A DNA stretch of 64,000 bases from Candidatus Bathyarchaeota archaeon (GCA_963832745.1 CAWHVC010000005.1:480001-544000), one strand, 5' to 3'; positions 41,133 to 52,956 are shown, numbered from the stretch's first letter. Notes: a model not told the origin generated them from the letters alone. A program made the numbers and translations.

Positions 41133-42122
41133 TTAGTTTGTTGGCATAAACTGCTTGTAGACTGGGTGCCCCTTGAAACGTAGGGTTGTCTCAGACTTTT
41201 CGATGGTTCCGCTTGGCAAACGCATACAAATCGAGCATACGGTTGCACCGTCAGGGTTTAAACGTACGCCATCAAGAAGTTCACCTTTGGTTACACCTGA
41301 AGCAACAAAAACCAGTTCGTTGCCTTTTGCAAGTTCGTCCTCGTTGTAAGTTTTTTCAAAATCTACACCTGACTGTTTTAGGCGTTCCATGCGGGCATCA
41401 TCATGGTTTGGATTCCAAACTTTAACAAGCATTGTTCCACCAAGACATTTTACTGCTGTCGCCGCGATTGTTGCTTCTGGTCCAGCTCCAGCCCCGATAA
41501 GCAAATCAAAACCTGAATCCGGAGTTGCCGCAACTACTGCACCAGCGATATCTCCATCTGGGATAAGAATGATTCTTACGCCCATCTGCCTAAGCGCTTT
41601 TAAAATGTCATTGTGCCGGTCACGGTCCAACATGATTACGGTAAACTTTTCTATTGCAATGTTTTTTGCTTTGGCGATTGTGCGGACGATTTCTTCTGTG
41701 GTCATATTCATGGATAGCAAGCCTTTACTATGGTAATCAGTTGCAAGTTTGAAGTAGTAACCATCATCAGGTAACACTTGGAAGCAGCCTTTGGGTGCAC
41801 AGGCAAGTGCGGATATGGCGTCTTTTCTGCCTTTGCTAGCGGCTGTGGTTCCGTCAACTGGGTCAACAACGAATTCGAGCGCTGGGCCATTGCCAGTGCC
41901 GACTTTTTCTCGGCGTTCAAACGCGGGGGCATGGTCTTTTGGGCCTTCACAGCAAATGACTTCGCCTTCAATGTCACTTTGATTGAGGACTGCTCTTGAG
42001 AATTCAACGGCTTTTGCGTCAATTAAATCGCAGTCGCCTTGGCCAACGTGATAGGCTGCGCCTACAGCGCCTGCAACTGTAATTCTGGTTAAGGAGGGTG
42101 CTAAAGCTCTTAATGAAACCAT
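41133..42122 (-). CDS. glpX: Class II fructose-1,6-bisphosphatase
   Basis: EG..D.AP, VDPVDGT, LDRDRH, IPDGDI, ASGVTKGELLDGV. Confidence 0.88.
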   Translation of the reverse strand: MVSLRALAPSLTRITVAGAVGAAYHVGQGDCDLIDAKAVEFSRAVLNQSDIEGEVICCEGPKDHAPAFERREKVGTGNGPALEFVVDPVDGTTAASKGRKDAISALACAPKGCFQVLPDDGYYFKLATDYHSKGLLSMNMTTEEIVRTIAKAKNIAIEKFTVIMLDRDRHNDILKALRQMGVRIILIPDGDIAGAVVAATPDSGFDLLIGAGAGPEATIAATAVKCLGGTMLVKVWNPNHDDARMERLKQSGVDFEKTYNEDELAKGNELVFVASGVTKGELLDGVRLNPDGATVCSICMRLPSGTIEKSETTLRFKGHPVYKQFMPTN

Positions 42123-42281
42123 ACAATTTTTCTCCTATAAGACAAATAAGCCTTAATGCCCCAGTCTTGGTATTTATGGGTTTGCGCAAAAAACGGGGCT
42201 TGCCTAACAGGGTTACCTAAGAAAATATGAAGGTTAATACCTAAAAACATTTTATGCCGTTGAAGGATAAGGAAAAATTGT

Positions 42282-42509
42282 TTAAATTAGAGCATAATCG
42301 GCAGATTTTACTTTACCCTTATTGTCCACCTGCACAGTAAATCTTTCAGACCAATTGTGCCCTTCAAGGTTAATCGGGGTAATGCCGCGTACAATATAGC
42401 CGTCGCTTCTTTCTTCAACAATGGCGACGTCAATCCGGTCGGCTTTCTTTTGTTTTTTTAAGTACTTGACTACGACTTGTCCAGCTGATTCTTTTGATAC
42501 CTGTGGCAA
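42282..42509 (-). CDS. Small hypothetical protein (PepSY-like alpha/beta)
   Basis: RBS aaggag; 75 aa; FTVQVDNKGKV. Confidence 0.65.
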   Translation of the reverse strand: MPQVSKESAGQVVVKYLKKQKKADRIDVAIVEERSDGYIVRGITPINLEGHNWSERFTVQVDNKGKVKSADYALI

Positions 42510-42633
42510 CCTAAATTTTCTCCTTTAGTCTATTTTAGGATGGTTTTGTTTTAAGCACTTATGAAGCCAAAATACGTAGCACTACTACACATTCATGTAA
42601 AAAAAGACTAAATGCCCAAACACAATAGTTTCT

Positions 42634-43716
42634 TTGAGTCAGATGCCTGATAAAAAACGCGTCATCTTCCATTTAGACATGGACCACTTCTACACAGCCA
42701 TAGAGGAACGGGAACGCCCCGAAATCAAAGGCAACCCCGTAGTTGTTGGCTCCGACCCTAAAGAGGGAAAAGGCAGAGGCGTTGTCAGCACCAGCAATTA
42801 TGAAGCCCGAAAACTTGGTATCCGCTCAGGCATACCAATTAGCCACGCTTGGAAACTCTGCCCAACCGCCGTGTACCTTCCACCAAATTTTCCATTATAC
42901 ATCAAGGTTTCAGACGAAATCATGCAAATTGCCCGCAAATACACAGGCAAGTTTGAACAATGGGGCATTGACGAAGCCTTTTTGGATGTAAGCAGCAAAG
43001 CCCAAACACCAGTTGAAGCCGAACCGTTAGCCAGACAGATTAAACAGGAAATAAAAGACAAAACACGTTTAACCTGCTCGATTGGTGTTGGTCCAAACAA
43101 ACTTATCGCTAAAGTTGCCAGCGACTATCAAAAGCCCGACGGCCTAACTATTGTCGAGGAAAGCGAAGCTGAAGCGTTCTTGGCGCCCCTACCGGTACGT
43201 AAGCTACTGTGGGTTGGCAGAAAAACTGAAACTAAACTCAAAGAACTCGGCATCAACACAATTGAGGAACTAGCAAGTTTTGACCCAACTGTTTTGTCGG
43301 CGCATTTCGGCGTTATGGGCATGCAGATGCATCTAAATGCAAAAGGCATCGACAAAAGCGAAGTTGAGGGCAGAAACGGCGTTAAAAGTGTAAGCCACGA
43401 AACTACATTTGAAGAAGATACTGCAGATGGCGAGTTGGTTTTAAACGCGTTGCTTGGACTTTGCGTAGAAGTACAAAAAGAAGTTGAAGCACAGCATTTG
43501 CTTTTTAAAACGGTAACCCTAAAGATACGCTATGAAAATTTTGAAACACACACCAGAAGCAAAACTTTGCCTTTTCTAACATGCCGTCTCCATGACATAG
43601 AAAAAACTGCCAAAGAAATGTTTTTGACGAATCTTCAGGTTAACCGTAAAGTGCGACTTGTTGGCGTTAGGGTTTCGAGTTTGGTTTCTTCTGAGAAGCA
43701 GAAAACATTGCTTTAA
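42634..43716 (+). CDS. dinB: Y-family DNA polymerase IV (DinB/Dbh)
   Basis: HLDMDHFY, SNYEARKLGI, GIDEAFLD, NKLIAKVAS..KPDG, VRLVGV. Confidence 0.95.
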   Translation: MSQMPDKKRVIFHLDMDHFYTAIEERERPEIKGNPVVVGSDPKEGKGRGVVSTSNYEARKLGIRSGIPISHAWKLCPTAVYLPPNFPLYIKVSDEIMQIARKYTGKFEQWGIDEAFLDVSSKAQTPVEAEPLARQIKQEIKDKTRLTCSIGVGPNKLIAKVASDYQKPDGLTIVEESEAEAFLAPLPVRKLLWVGRKTETKLKELGINTIEELASFDPTVLSAHFGVMGMQMHLNAKGIDKSEVEGRNGVKSVSHETTFEEDTADGELVLNALLGLCVEVQKEVEAQHLLFKTVTLKIRYENFETHTRSKTLPFLTCRLHDIEKTAKEMFLTNLQVNRKVRLVGVRVSSLVSSEKQKTLL

Positions 43717-44261
43717 GGTTCAATTTTTTCTGGAATAAATTGTTTGCCAAATTCCTCAACGCTTGCAACTTCACTTATCAGTTTTCGTGAACGAACTAAA
43801 TGTGTTAGTTTACTTGTTAAATCAAACTTTTCCAATGGATACCCGACAGTTACCATCAGCAATATCTCAAAATCCTCAGGCACCTTTAGCAGTTCAGCTA
43901 CTTCTTTCTCGTTAAAGCTTCCCACGCAGCATGTGCCTAATCCTTCAGCAACAGCAGCCAAAAGCATGTTCTCAACTGCTAAAGCCGTATCAATAGCATA
44001 CCAATCTGCAGAGGTTTTCTTGTTTCCACAAGCAACAATAACCAAGGGCGCTTGAGCAACAAATTTGGCGTACATACCTTTTGAAAGGATTTTACGTTTC
44101 TCTGAATTCGTGATGACGATGAAGTGCCAAGGCTCCACGTTTCTTGCAGACGGCGCAAGCCTTGCCGCCTCTAAAATGCGTTCCAGCTTCTCCTGTGGAA
44201 CAGGCTTGTCTTGATAGGAACGTATTGAACGTCGAGCTTGAACTGCATCAAAAACATTCAT
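43713..44261 (-). CDS. Nitroreductase family protein
   Basis: RRSIRSY, APSARNVEPWHF, LAAVAEGLGTC. Confidence 0.92.
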   Translation of the reverse strand: MNVFDAVQARRSIRSYQDKPVPQEKLERILEAARLAPSARNVEPWHFIVITNSEKRKILSKGMYAKFVAQAPLVIVACGNKKTSADWYAIDTALAVENMLLAAVAEGLGTCCVGSFNEKEVAELLKVPEDFEILLMVTVGYPLEKFDLTSKLTHLVRSRKLISEVASVEEFGKQFIPEKIEP

Positions 44262-44432
44262 ACAGGTCACCAAAGAAAATAGGCAACTAAGCTTAATAGA
44301 TTTTACATAAACAAGCCAACATAATATAAAGTGATTAATTGAGAAAGTTAAAAAAACCAAATATTTAATTAAATTAAAAGAAATTTGAAACTCAAGTTTT
44401 AGCTATTTCTTGCATGCTCTTTCTTGTGTTAA

Positions 44433-46148
<1,716 letters not shown>

Positions 46149-46327
46149 AGACCTAACTGAGCAATTAGTCAGGTCCACATTTCATTTTCATACTTGTCCC
46201 CGCAACTGGAGGCCAACTCCGTCATTCCTGCAAGGCAATCGCCGTTTCGGTAGGGGTTGAGCCGCCGCCATATGTTTTAATTGCGGGGCGCAATTATAGC
46301 TGAATTCTATCAGAAGCCACAATATTG

Positions 46328-46345
46328 AATATAAAGGTTGCGCTT
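46328..46345 (-). promoter_or_regulatory. Putative BRE/TATA promoter of the 16S gene
   Basis: Minus strand gcgcaacctttatatt upstream of the leader hairpins. Confidence 0.5.
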
Positions 46346-46771
46346 CGTTGATGATAAATGCTGTCAATTACACCTTTTTTGATGGAAACCATCGCCAAAG
46401 TTCAGCTGTAACTGCAGACAACAAAGTATATGCATTTACTGTCTTAAAAACATTAAATTTTACTTATATAATCATAGTTTAACACTAACACACCCCAAAT
46501 GACTGAATATGCAAACTATTTTCAACCAGTTTTTTAGCACGTAAAAGTTATGCGGCGAACAACTCTATCTGGGCGCGCCCGCAATTATCAAAAGTCCATG
46601 GATTTCACGAAAAAGCGCGGGGGCGAAAACTTTGCAATAAAACCATGAAAAAATAGTGCACACCACAAGTTTTTTGCGGCGGGACAATTTTCAACATGTT
46701 TTTGGCCTGTTTTCCAGCCAATAGCAAACTATCCACCTAAAAATGCAATAACCTAAAAATGCGGTAAAGGA

Positions 46772-47107
46772 TTAGCGGTTTTGCCATTTTCTGATATAAG
46801 CGTTAACGGTGTCGAGCAACTCTTGTCGCAACTGTTCATCAGATATTTGCTCTTCGCTTATGCGATCAATTTGTTTGGGCAAGTCTTTGTTACAGAATTC
46901 GTTTTGGATCCATTTTTGGAAGTCTTTTCTTTGCATGTGAAAATCAATTGAATTTTGGTCTATGGTTCTTAATTTTTCGGTGAATTCGTGAATGCTGGTT
47001 GCGGTTATGCCTGTGTAGTTGCCGCCTTCAAGGCAGAAATGGAAACCTTCCTCAAAAGGCAGTGTGCCAAGAATGTCGCAGTTGCTATTTAACTGGTTTT
47101 GAGCCAT
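46772..47107 (-). CDS. DUF5752-like protein
   Basis: FHF...TG..A.SI.EF.EKL..ID..SI.FH..RKDFQKWI. Confidence 0.72.
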   Translation of the reverse strand: MAQNQLNSNCDILGTLPFEEGFHFCLEGGNYTGITATSIHEFTEKLRTIDQNSIDFHMQRKDFQKWIQNEFCNKDLPKQIDRISEEQISDEQLRQELLDTVNAYIRKWQNR

Positions 47108-47172
47108 AAAAAACACCTAACATTATCGTTACAAGCTGATTTAGTTATAAGTTTGTGGTTGAAGTTGAACAA

Positions 47173-47415
47173 CTACACTGGTTTGTATATTACATGAAAG
47201 TCTTTTTCTTCATGTACTAACAAACGGTGTTTTTTAGCAATCTTGATAATACAGGTATTTTCAGTCCCATCTAAAGTTTTTTGGACATGAATCTGGCAGC
47301 CCTCAGAGAGAACACTATCGGCATCTGGAGGCATCAGTTTAATAGATTTGCCTTCAAGAGTATTGCAGGCTACAAGAATTTCTTTAAGGATTTCAACTGC
47401 TTCAGTTCTCATCAT
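47173..47415 (-). CDS. Hypothetical protein
   Basis: MMRTEAVEILKEIL...IAKKHRLLVHEEKDFHVIYKP; RBS-like ggtg upstream. Confidence 0.62.
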   Translation of the reverse strand: MMRTEAVEILKEILVACNTLEGKSIKLMPPDADSVLSEGCQIHVQKTLDGTENTCIIKIAKKHRLLVHEEKDFHVIYKPV

Positions 47416-47611
47416 TACGACGCTCACACCAAAAAAGAGTCGATAATACAAAATATTGCAGACAAAGGATATTTTTAAATTTTCTCCCAAATGAAAAGTA
47501 CCCTCAAATTGTAGGTACAATTCATATCAGCAATTGTTGTATCATTATTGTTACAACACAGTTTTTTATCTTACCATGGCTTTTTAACCCTAAAAAACAG
47601 GAGCGGATTGC

Positions 47612-47737
47612 ATGCCTATCTGCCCAACATGCGGAAAAACGCTAACTACCCCAAACAAAAAAATCCAAAATACCTACTTCACTATCGAAACGTATACGTG
47701 CGATTGCTGTGGTACAAACTTTAAAGAAACGCGTTAA
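47612..47737 (+). CDS. 41-aa zinc-ribbon protein, possibly Cren7-related (not in ORF track)
   Basis: RBS ggag; MPICPTCGKTLTTPNKKIQNTYFTIETYTCDCCGTNFKETR. Confidence 0.7.
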   Translation: MPICPTCGKTLTTPNKKIQNTYFTIETYTCDCCGTNFKETR

Positions 47738-48567
47738 TTTTTAAGCGTTTTAAGCATACTCCCTGACTTGTAACCCTGCAAGTCCAAAGTAACATATTTG
47801 AAGCCTAATTTTGAGAGCGCCTCTGCAATTTGACTCCAAACCGCCAAATCGCAAAGAACCGCAAACTCTGCTTTTGGGACCTCAATTCTTGCCAACCCAT
47901 CATGGTCTCGCACTCTAACCTGACTTACGCCCAAAATAGTCTTAACGGCCTGTTCAGCCTGTTCAATTCGAGATAGTTTTTCTTGGGTGATTTTTTGATT
48001 AAACGGAATTCTTGATGCGAGACAAGCAAGCGCGGGTTTGTCATAGATACTAAGACCCAATTGTTTAGCTATTTGGCGAATTTCGTCTTTGCTAAACTTG
48101 TTTGTTACCCATGGACTGTAAACGCCAGCATTTTCTTGCACGGCTTTGTAGCCTGGACGGTGGTCGCTTAAGTCTGAATAGTTTGTTCCTTCAAAAACTG
48201 CTTTAAATCCCAATTGGTGAGCGTACTGTTTTAAGCTTGCGAGCAACTCTTTTTTGCAGTAATAGCACCTGTTTTCAGGGTTTGAATAAAAATCGGGGTT
48301 AGACAATTCGTTGGTTTGTATTATGCAGAGTTTAATACCTATTTCAGCAGCGACTTTTTTTGCGTCCACCAACTCTTCAGACGTATAAGTTGGGGATTGT
48401 GCAATCACGGCAACTACTTTTTCGCCCAAAACCGCGTGACTCAGGGCCGCTAAGGTGGAGCTGTCTACGCCTCCAGAAAAAGCAATAACCACTCCGTCCT
48501 TGCCAACTTTAGCAATATAGCATTTGAGTTGGTCAAGCTTTTGATTTAACGTTTCCATCCTACTCAC
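47734..48567 (-). CDS. larE: ATP-dependent sulfur transferase LarE
   Basis: AFSGGVDS PP-loop, NRCYYCK, DHRPG, ACLASRIP, VRVRDH. Confidence 0.93.
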   Translation of the reverse strand: MSRMETLNQKLDQLKCYIAKVGKDGVVIAFSGGVDSSTLAALSHAVLGEKVVAVIAQSPTYTSEELVDAKKVAAEIGIKLCIIQTNELSNPDFYSNPENRCYYCKKELLASLKQYAHQLGFKAVFEGTNYSDLSDHRPGYKAVQENAGVYSPWVTNKFSKDEIRQIAKQLGLSIYDKPALACLASRIPFNQKITQEKLSRIEQAEQAVKTILGVSQVRVRDHDGLARIEVPKAEFAVLCDLAVWSQIAEALSKLGFKYVTLDLQGYKSGSMLKTLKN

Positions 48568-49816
48568 GCGTCTGGAGCATAGTTTCTCGAGCTTTCGAGA
48601 CGGCTAATTCGGAAAGTTCTCGCAGAGGCAAACCTGTTTTTTCAGCTAAAAGTTTTAGGTCTTCAAACTCTGGCTTTAAACGAACTATTTTGCCTTGACT
48701 ATTTTTAGAAATCTTAATTTTCACGGTTTCCTTTTGCCCGCCAATAGTTAATTCAACAGATGAAACATCTCTCGCAGCCACGTGCCTTTGGCAGTAGTAT
48801 ACTCGTACGCCTAAAGTGCCTGTTTCATCAATCAACACGTTAGAGAGGTGTTGAGCATCTTTTTGGTCTGCTATAACCTTGATTATTTGTGCTGGACGAT
48901 TCTTTTTAGTAAAAACAGGCACCACGCTCACGTCTTTGGCACCCTCCGAAAACAGGCGGTCCACAGCGTAACCAACTATTTCGCCGGATACATCATCAAT
49001 GTTTGTTTCTAAAACTGCAATCTGGTCACTTAGCAAAGGATTTTCAAAAGGTTTCCCCATTGTTATCCGCAAAATGTTAGGCATTTCAGCAAATTCTTTG
49101 TCGCCTGCCCCATAACCCACATTTACTGGAGCAAATTCGGGGTAAAAACGAGTGGCTTCTGAAACCAAATTTACAAGTATTGCAGCGCCTGTTGGGGTTG
49201 CAAGTTCAGATTCTACGGGTCCACCTTTTATGGGAAAATTTTTTGACTGGAAGATGGTTAACGCTGCAGGTGAGGGACTGGAGGTTATGCCGTGTGAAAA
49301 CTTGAAAGTTCCACCTCCAACCGACACTGGGGTTGCATAGATTTTAGCATCAAAGAAACCAAGGTCTTCCATCGCCACTGCTGAACCGATTATTTCAGCT
49401 GCAGTATCTACTAAGCCGACTTCATGCAGGTGGACGTCATGTAAATGGCCTCCATGTAGGCTTGCTTCAGCGTTTACAAGTGAATGAATTACGTCTGAGG
49501 CGAACTGTTTTGCTTTCTGGGAAAGGTTGAGGTGTTCGGCAGTTTTTTCTACGATTTCGATTAAGTGTTTGCCGTCTTTGTGGGTTTTTCCATCAGCGGT
49601 AACTGAGGCTTTGGTTGCCCGAAAACCTTTGGATACGACATGTTTTATGTCGACTTTGACGTTTGAGTAGCCATATTCTGCGGATTCGAGGCTCTTAATT
49701 GCAGAGGTGACTTTTTCTTGGTTTGCACCTAAATCCAGAAGTGCACCTAAAATCATGTCTCCGGCGACTCCGGCTATTTGGCAATCAATAATTATTATGG
49801 AAGAAAATTCAGTCAC
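48560..49816 (-). CDS. larC: Nickel-insertion protein LarC
   Basis: AGVAGDMILGALLDLG, His-rich HGGHLHDVHLHEVG, ELATPTGAA, ETNIDD, ETGTLGVR, KPEFED. Confidence 0.94.
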   Translation of the reverse strand: MTEFSSIIIIDCQIAGVAGDMILGALLDLGANQEKVTSAIKSLESAEYGYSNVKVDIKHVVSKGFRATKASVTADGKTHKDGKHLIEIVEKTAEHLNLSQKAKQFASDVIHSLVNAEASLHGGHLHDVHLHEVGLVDTAAEIIGSAVAMEDLGFFDAKIYATPVSVGGGTFKFSHGITSSPSPAALTIFQSKNFPIKGGPVESELATPTGAAILVNLVSEATRFYPEFAPVNVGYGAGDKEFAEMPNILRITMGKPFENPLLSDQIAVLETNIDDVSGEIVGYAVDRLFSEGAKDVSVVPVFTKKNRPAQIIKVIADQKDAQHLSNVLIDETGTLGVRVYYCQRHVAARDVSSVELTIGGQKETVKIKISKNSQGKIVRLKPEFEDLKLLAEKTGLPLRELSELAVSKARETMLQTRE

Positions 49817-49899
49817 AGATTAATTCCACCTGATACAATTTAAAAAAAGGCAAAAACGATATATTGATTGTGGTTCTTGAGCCAATAGGAAAGATCTGC

Positions 49900-50682
49900 A
49901 TGTTTACGCTCAAGGAAATTTTAGAAAAAACCGCTTGCTGCGAGTTGACTGTTGAGGAAGCAGAAAAACTGGTGCGACTGCAAGCAATTGCTGAACTTGA
50001 GGGCATAGCAAAGATTGATTGTAACCGGGAACACCGCAAGGGCGTGCCTGAGGTTATTTTGGCTGAAAACAAGTCAGTTAAAGATACTGTAGATATTTCC
50101 TTAAAAATGCTTGAGCAAAACGGCAGGGTAATAATAAGTCGATGTTCACCCCAGCATATTGAAGCCTTAAACGCAGCCGTTCCATCAGGTGCAGTTTGTC
50201 AAGTTAACGAGAAAGCACGCATAATTGTTATAAAAAAGAAAAACTATACGGTCGCAAGTACTGGCGGCAAGATTGGATTGATAACCGCTGGCACATCAGA
50301 CATTCCTGTCGCCGAAGAAGCAAAAATCATCGCTGAAGAAATGGGCTGCACCGTTTACTCGGGGTATGATTTGGGTGTGGCGGGGATTCACAGGTTGCTT
50401 GAGCCGCTTAAAGATTTAATCGTTAAAGATGTTGATGTCATTGTTGTAGTTGCGGGCAGGGAGGGGGCTTTGTCTTCGGTTGTGGCTGGGATGGTTAATG
50501 TGCCTGTGATTGCGGTGCCTACTTCTAACAGTTACGGTTTTGGCGAAAAAGGCGTTGGTACGCTTATGGCAATGTTACAGTCTTGCTCGCTGGGATTGGC
50601 GGTTGTGAATATTGATTCGGGTGTTGCTGCGGGCGCTGTGGCGACTTTGATTGCTAATCGGGCGGCTAAATTTAGAAAATAA
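49900..50682 (+). CDS. larB: NPN cofactor biosynthesis carboxylase/hydrolase LarB
   Basis: R..RKGVPEVI, AGTSDIPVAEEA, DLGVAGIHR, VIAVPTS..YG, VVNIDSG. Confidence 0.93.
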   Translation: MFTLKEILEKTACCELTVEEAEKLVRLQAIAELEGIAKIDCNREHRKGVPEVILAENKSVKDTVDISLKMLEQNGRVIISRCSPQHIEALNAAVPSGAVCQVNEKARIIVIKKKNYTVASTGGKIGLITAGTSDIPVAEEAKIIAEEMGCTVYSGYDLGVAGIHRLLEPLKDLIVKDVDVIVVVAGREGALSSVVAGMVNVPVIAVPTSNSYGFGEKGVGTLMAMLQSCSLGLAVVNIDSGVAAGAVATLIANRAAKFRK

Positions 50683-50683
50683 G

Positions 50684-50923
50684 CTAAAGGGTGGTTTGCA
50701 TTAGTAGGTTCATGCGGTTTTTTAGCAGTGCTACTAGTTTTTTTGTGTCATCTATGTAGGCGAGGGTGAGTTTTAGGGTGTTTTGGTCTGTTTTGCAGGT
50801 TGCATGGTTGAATTTTGCGTTTGCTGTTAGGATTGCGATTTCGTCGTCGATTCCTTGGAATATTCGGGTGAATTGCCGGTATTTGAGTTGGTTTTTTGTT
50901 AGTTGCGTGTTTTTGTTTTCCAT
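50684..50923 (-). CDS. Small hypothetical helical protein
   Basis: 79-aa ORF with ggtg RBS-like sequence. Confidence 0.45.
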   Translation of the reverse strand: MENKNTQLTKNQLKYRQFTRIFQGIDDEIAILTANAKFNHATCKTDQNTLKLTLAYIDDTKKLVALLKNRMNLLMQTTL

Positions 50924-51132
50924 AAACAACACCAAGTAACACTAATCCATAAAATAGTAACACTAACTAATTAACGTTACACCTACAACAAACAAACCAC
51001 CAACCCCCCCCCCTTTTGAAACATCGATTTTTTAGTTTAAACATGAAGACCTCTTAATTTTTAACAAAAAGTTTTTAACTACAATAATACTTTTTTTAAT
51101 AAACGTAACACTAAGGAGAGTGAAAAGAACCA

Positions 51133-51837
51133 ATGCATATACCCGACGGTTACCTAACACCTGAAATAATAGTCCCAACATTCATAATAGCAGTCATCTT
51201 CTTAATCATCTCACTCAAAAAAATCAAACTATCCGAACAACAAGTCCCAATGATGGGTCTACTAACCGCACTCTTCTTCGCCGCAATGATGATGAACTAT
51301 CCAGTCGTCGGCGGAACAACAGCACACCTACTCGGAGGCGCCGCAATAGGCCTCATACTCGGACCCTTCGCAGGCTGCATCTCAATCACAGTAATACTTG
51401 TTCTCCAAGCATTCCTCTTCGGAGACGGCGGCCTAACCACTTTAGGCGCAAACATGGTAAACATGGCAATAATAGGCGTCTTTGTACCCTGCGCAATCTT
51501 TCTCGTAATGAACAAGGTCTTGAAAATTAAATCAAAAACAACGCTTTTCGCTGCCGTATTTGTTTCGGCATTCTTCGGTGACTTGCTTGCAGCAGTCGCA
51601 GCCGGCACAGAACTGGGATTATCTCAAAACATCATTACATACGGGTTAAGCATAACTGTACCCGCCATGGCATTAAACCACTCAATAATCGGCGTTGCTG
51701 AAGCCGTAGTAACAGTAATTCTAATCGCTACACTGCTCAAGCTGCGTCCAGACGTGTTAGCGAAAAGCCCAATCATAGGCAAAGTTGGTTTATTCAAAAA
51801 ACAGAAACAGGAGGAAATAACAAGTCATGACAATTAA
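51133..51837 (+). CDS. cbiM: ECF Ni/Co transporter substrate-binding subunit CbiM/NikM
   Basis: N-terminal MHIPDG; GTTAHLLGG, FGDGG. Confidence 0.95.
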   Translation: MHIPDGYLTPEIIVPTFIIAVIFLIISLKKIKLSEQQVPMMGLLTALFFAAMMMNYPVVGGTTAHLLGGAAIGLILGPFAGCISITVILVLQAFLFGDGGLTTLGANMVNMAIIGVFVPCAIFLVMNKVLKIKSKTTLFAAVFVSAFFGDLLAAVAAGTELGLSQNIITYGLSITVPAMALNHSIIGVAEAVVTVILIATLLKLRPDVLAKSPIIGKVGLFKKQKQEEITSHDN

Positions 51838-52117
51838 ACACCAAAAAACCCTCATCATCGGCATATCAATTGCGCTAGTTTGCGTGGTACTGGGTGTCTT
51901 CTGTTTTTCATACTCAATGGAAACTCTTGACGCTAAAGCTGAACAGCTTGGAGCACAGGAACAGCCGATTTATGAACCACCATTTCCAGACTACAACATC
52001 GCCGGTTTAGACAGTACATGGAGCGCCTTGATTATTGGCCTAGCAAGCACTTTGCTACTATTTGTTGCAGGATTTGTTGTTGCCAAATTGTTAAGAAAGA
52101 AAGGTGAGAAAACATGA
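51827..52117 (+). CDS. NikN-like (PDGLE-domain) auxiliary subunit
   Basis: Two TM helices, PPFPDY motif, position between M and Q. Confidence 0.75.
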   Translation: MTIKHQKTLIIGISIALVCVVLGVFCFSYSMETLDAKAEQLGAQEQPIYEPPFPDYNIAGLDSTWSALIIGLASTLLLFVAGFVVAKLLRKKGEKT

Positions 52118-52935
52118 AAGTTCCGCAGTCACTTAGAGATTTAATTGAGGCAAGCGAATCCATAGTTTATATTGAGGATCTAAGCGAAAAGCGTGGATTA
52201 CTGCAGGCAGTTAATCCGCTAGTTAAACTGGCCGCTGTAGTTTTCATGATTTCAGCATCCCTGTTTATCACTAATCTTTCCATTTTAGCAGTGCTTTGCT
52301 TTATTCCAATCTTTCTTGCAGTTGCGTCACGTTTACCCATGAAGGATTTTCTGTCAAGAACAGCAATTATCCCACTGTTTTCAGCAGTAATAGCCATACC
52401 TTTCCTGTTCATGACACCCGGAACCAACATTGCAGCTTCCAGTCTGGGTGGTTTTAATTTGGCAATAACAGCTGAAGGAGTAACACGGTTTTTAGTGTTC
52501 TCTGTCCGCGTGTGGTTCTGTGTAGCATCGCTAATAACGCTGGTACTCTCTACAGGGTTTGATAAGCTTCTTAAACTGCTTTCATCCATCAGAGTTCCAA
52601 ACGTTATGATACAACTCTTCAGCTTAACATACCGGTACTTCTTCGTGTCAATACATGAAGCCCAAAGCGTATTAATCGGAAAAGAAGCAAGAACCTATAA
52701 CCACAAAAAAACCTTCAACCTGCAGTCCCTAAAAGATTTAGGACACATCCTAAGCGCCTTATTCATCCGCACCTATGAACGCAGCGAACGCGTCTATTTA
52801 GCAATGAAAGCAAGAGGCTTTGATATCGAGAACGAATCAAAAATGAAGCTGCCAGCCTTCCAAGCGGTTGACGCAGTTTTTGCAACATCAATAATAACAG
52901 CGTTTACGTTAGTTGCGTTAGTATTGATTTACTAA
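52114..52935 (+). CDS. cbiQ: ECF transmembrane subunit CbiQ/NikQ
   Basis: TYRY, EAR, LFIRTYERSERVYLAMKARGF. Confidence 0.92.
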   Translation: MKVPQSLRDLIEASESIVYIEDLSEKRGLLQAVNPLVKLAAVVFMISASLFITNLSILAVLCFIPIFLAVASRLPMKDFLSRTAIIPLFSAVIAIPFLFMTPGTNIAASSLGGFNLAITAEGVTRFLVFSVRVWFCVASLITLVLSTGFDKLLKLLSSIRVPNVMIQLFSLTYRYFFVSIHEAQSVLIGKEARTYNHKKTFNLQSLKDLGHILSALFIRTYERSERVYLAMKARGFDIENESKMKLPAFQAVDAVFATSIITAFTLVALVLIY

Positions 52936-52956
52936 GAAGCTTGAGAAGGCCAAGTC

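Noticed and set aside
50975-51020. Possible reverse-strand copy of the dispersed repeat (G run and gtaggtgtaacg)
   Set aside because: It lacks the CTATTAG units and the AGTATGTTGAAA tail; similarity is too short.
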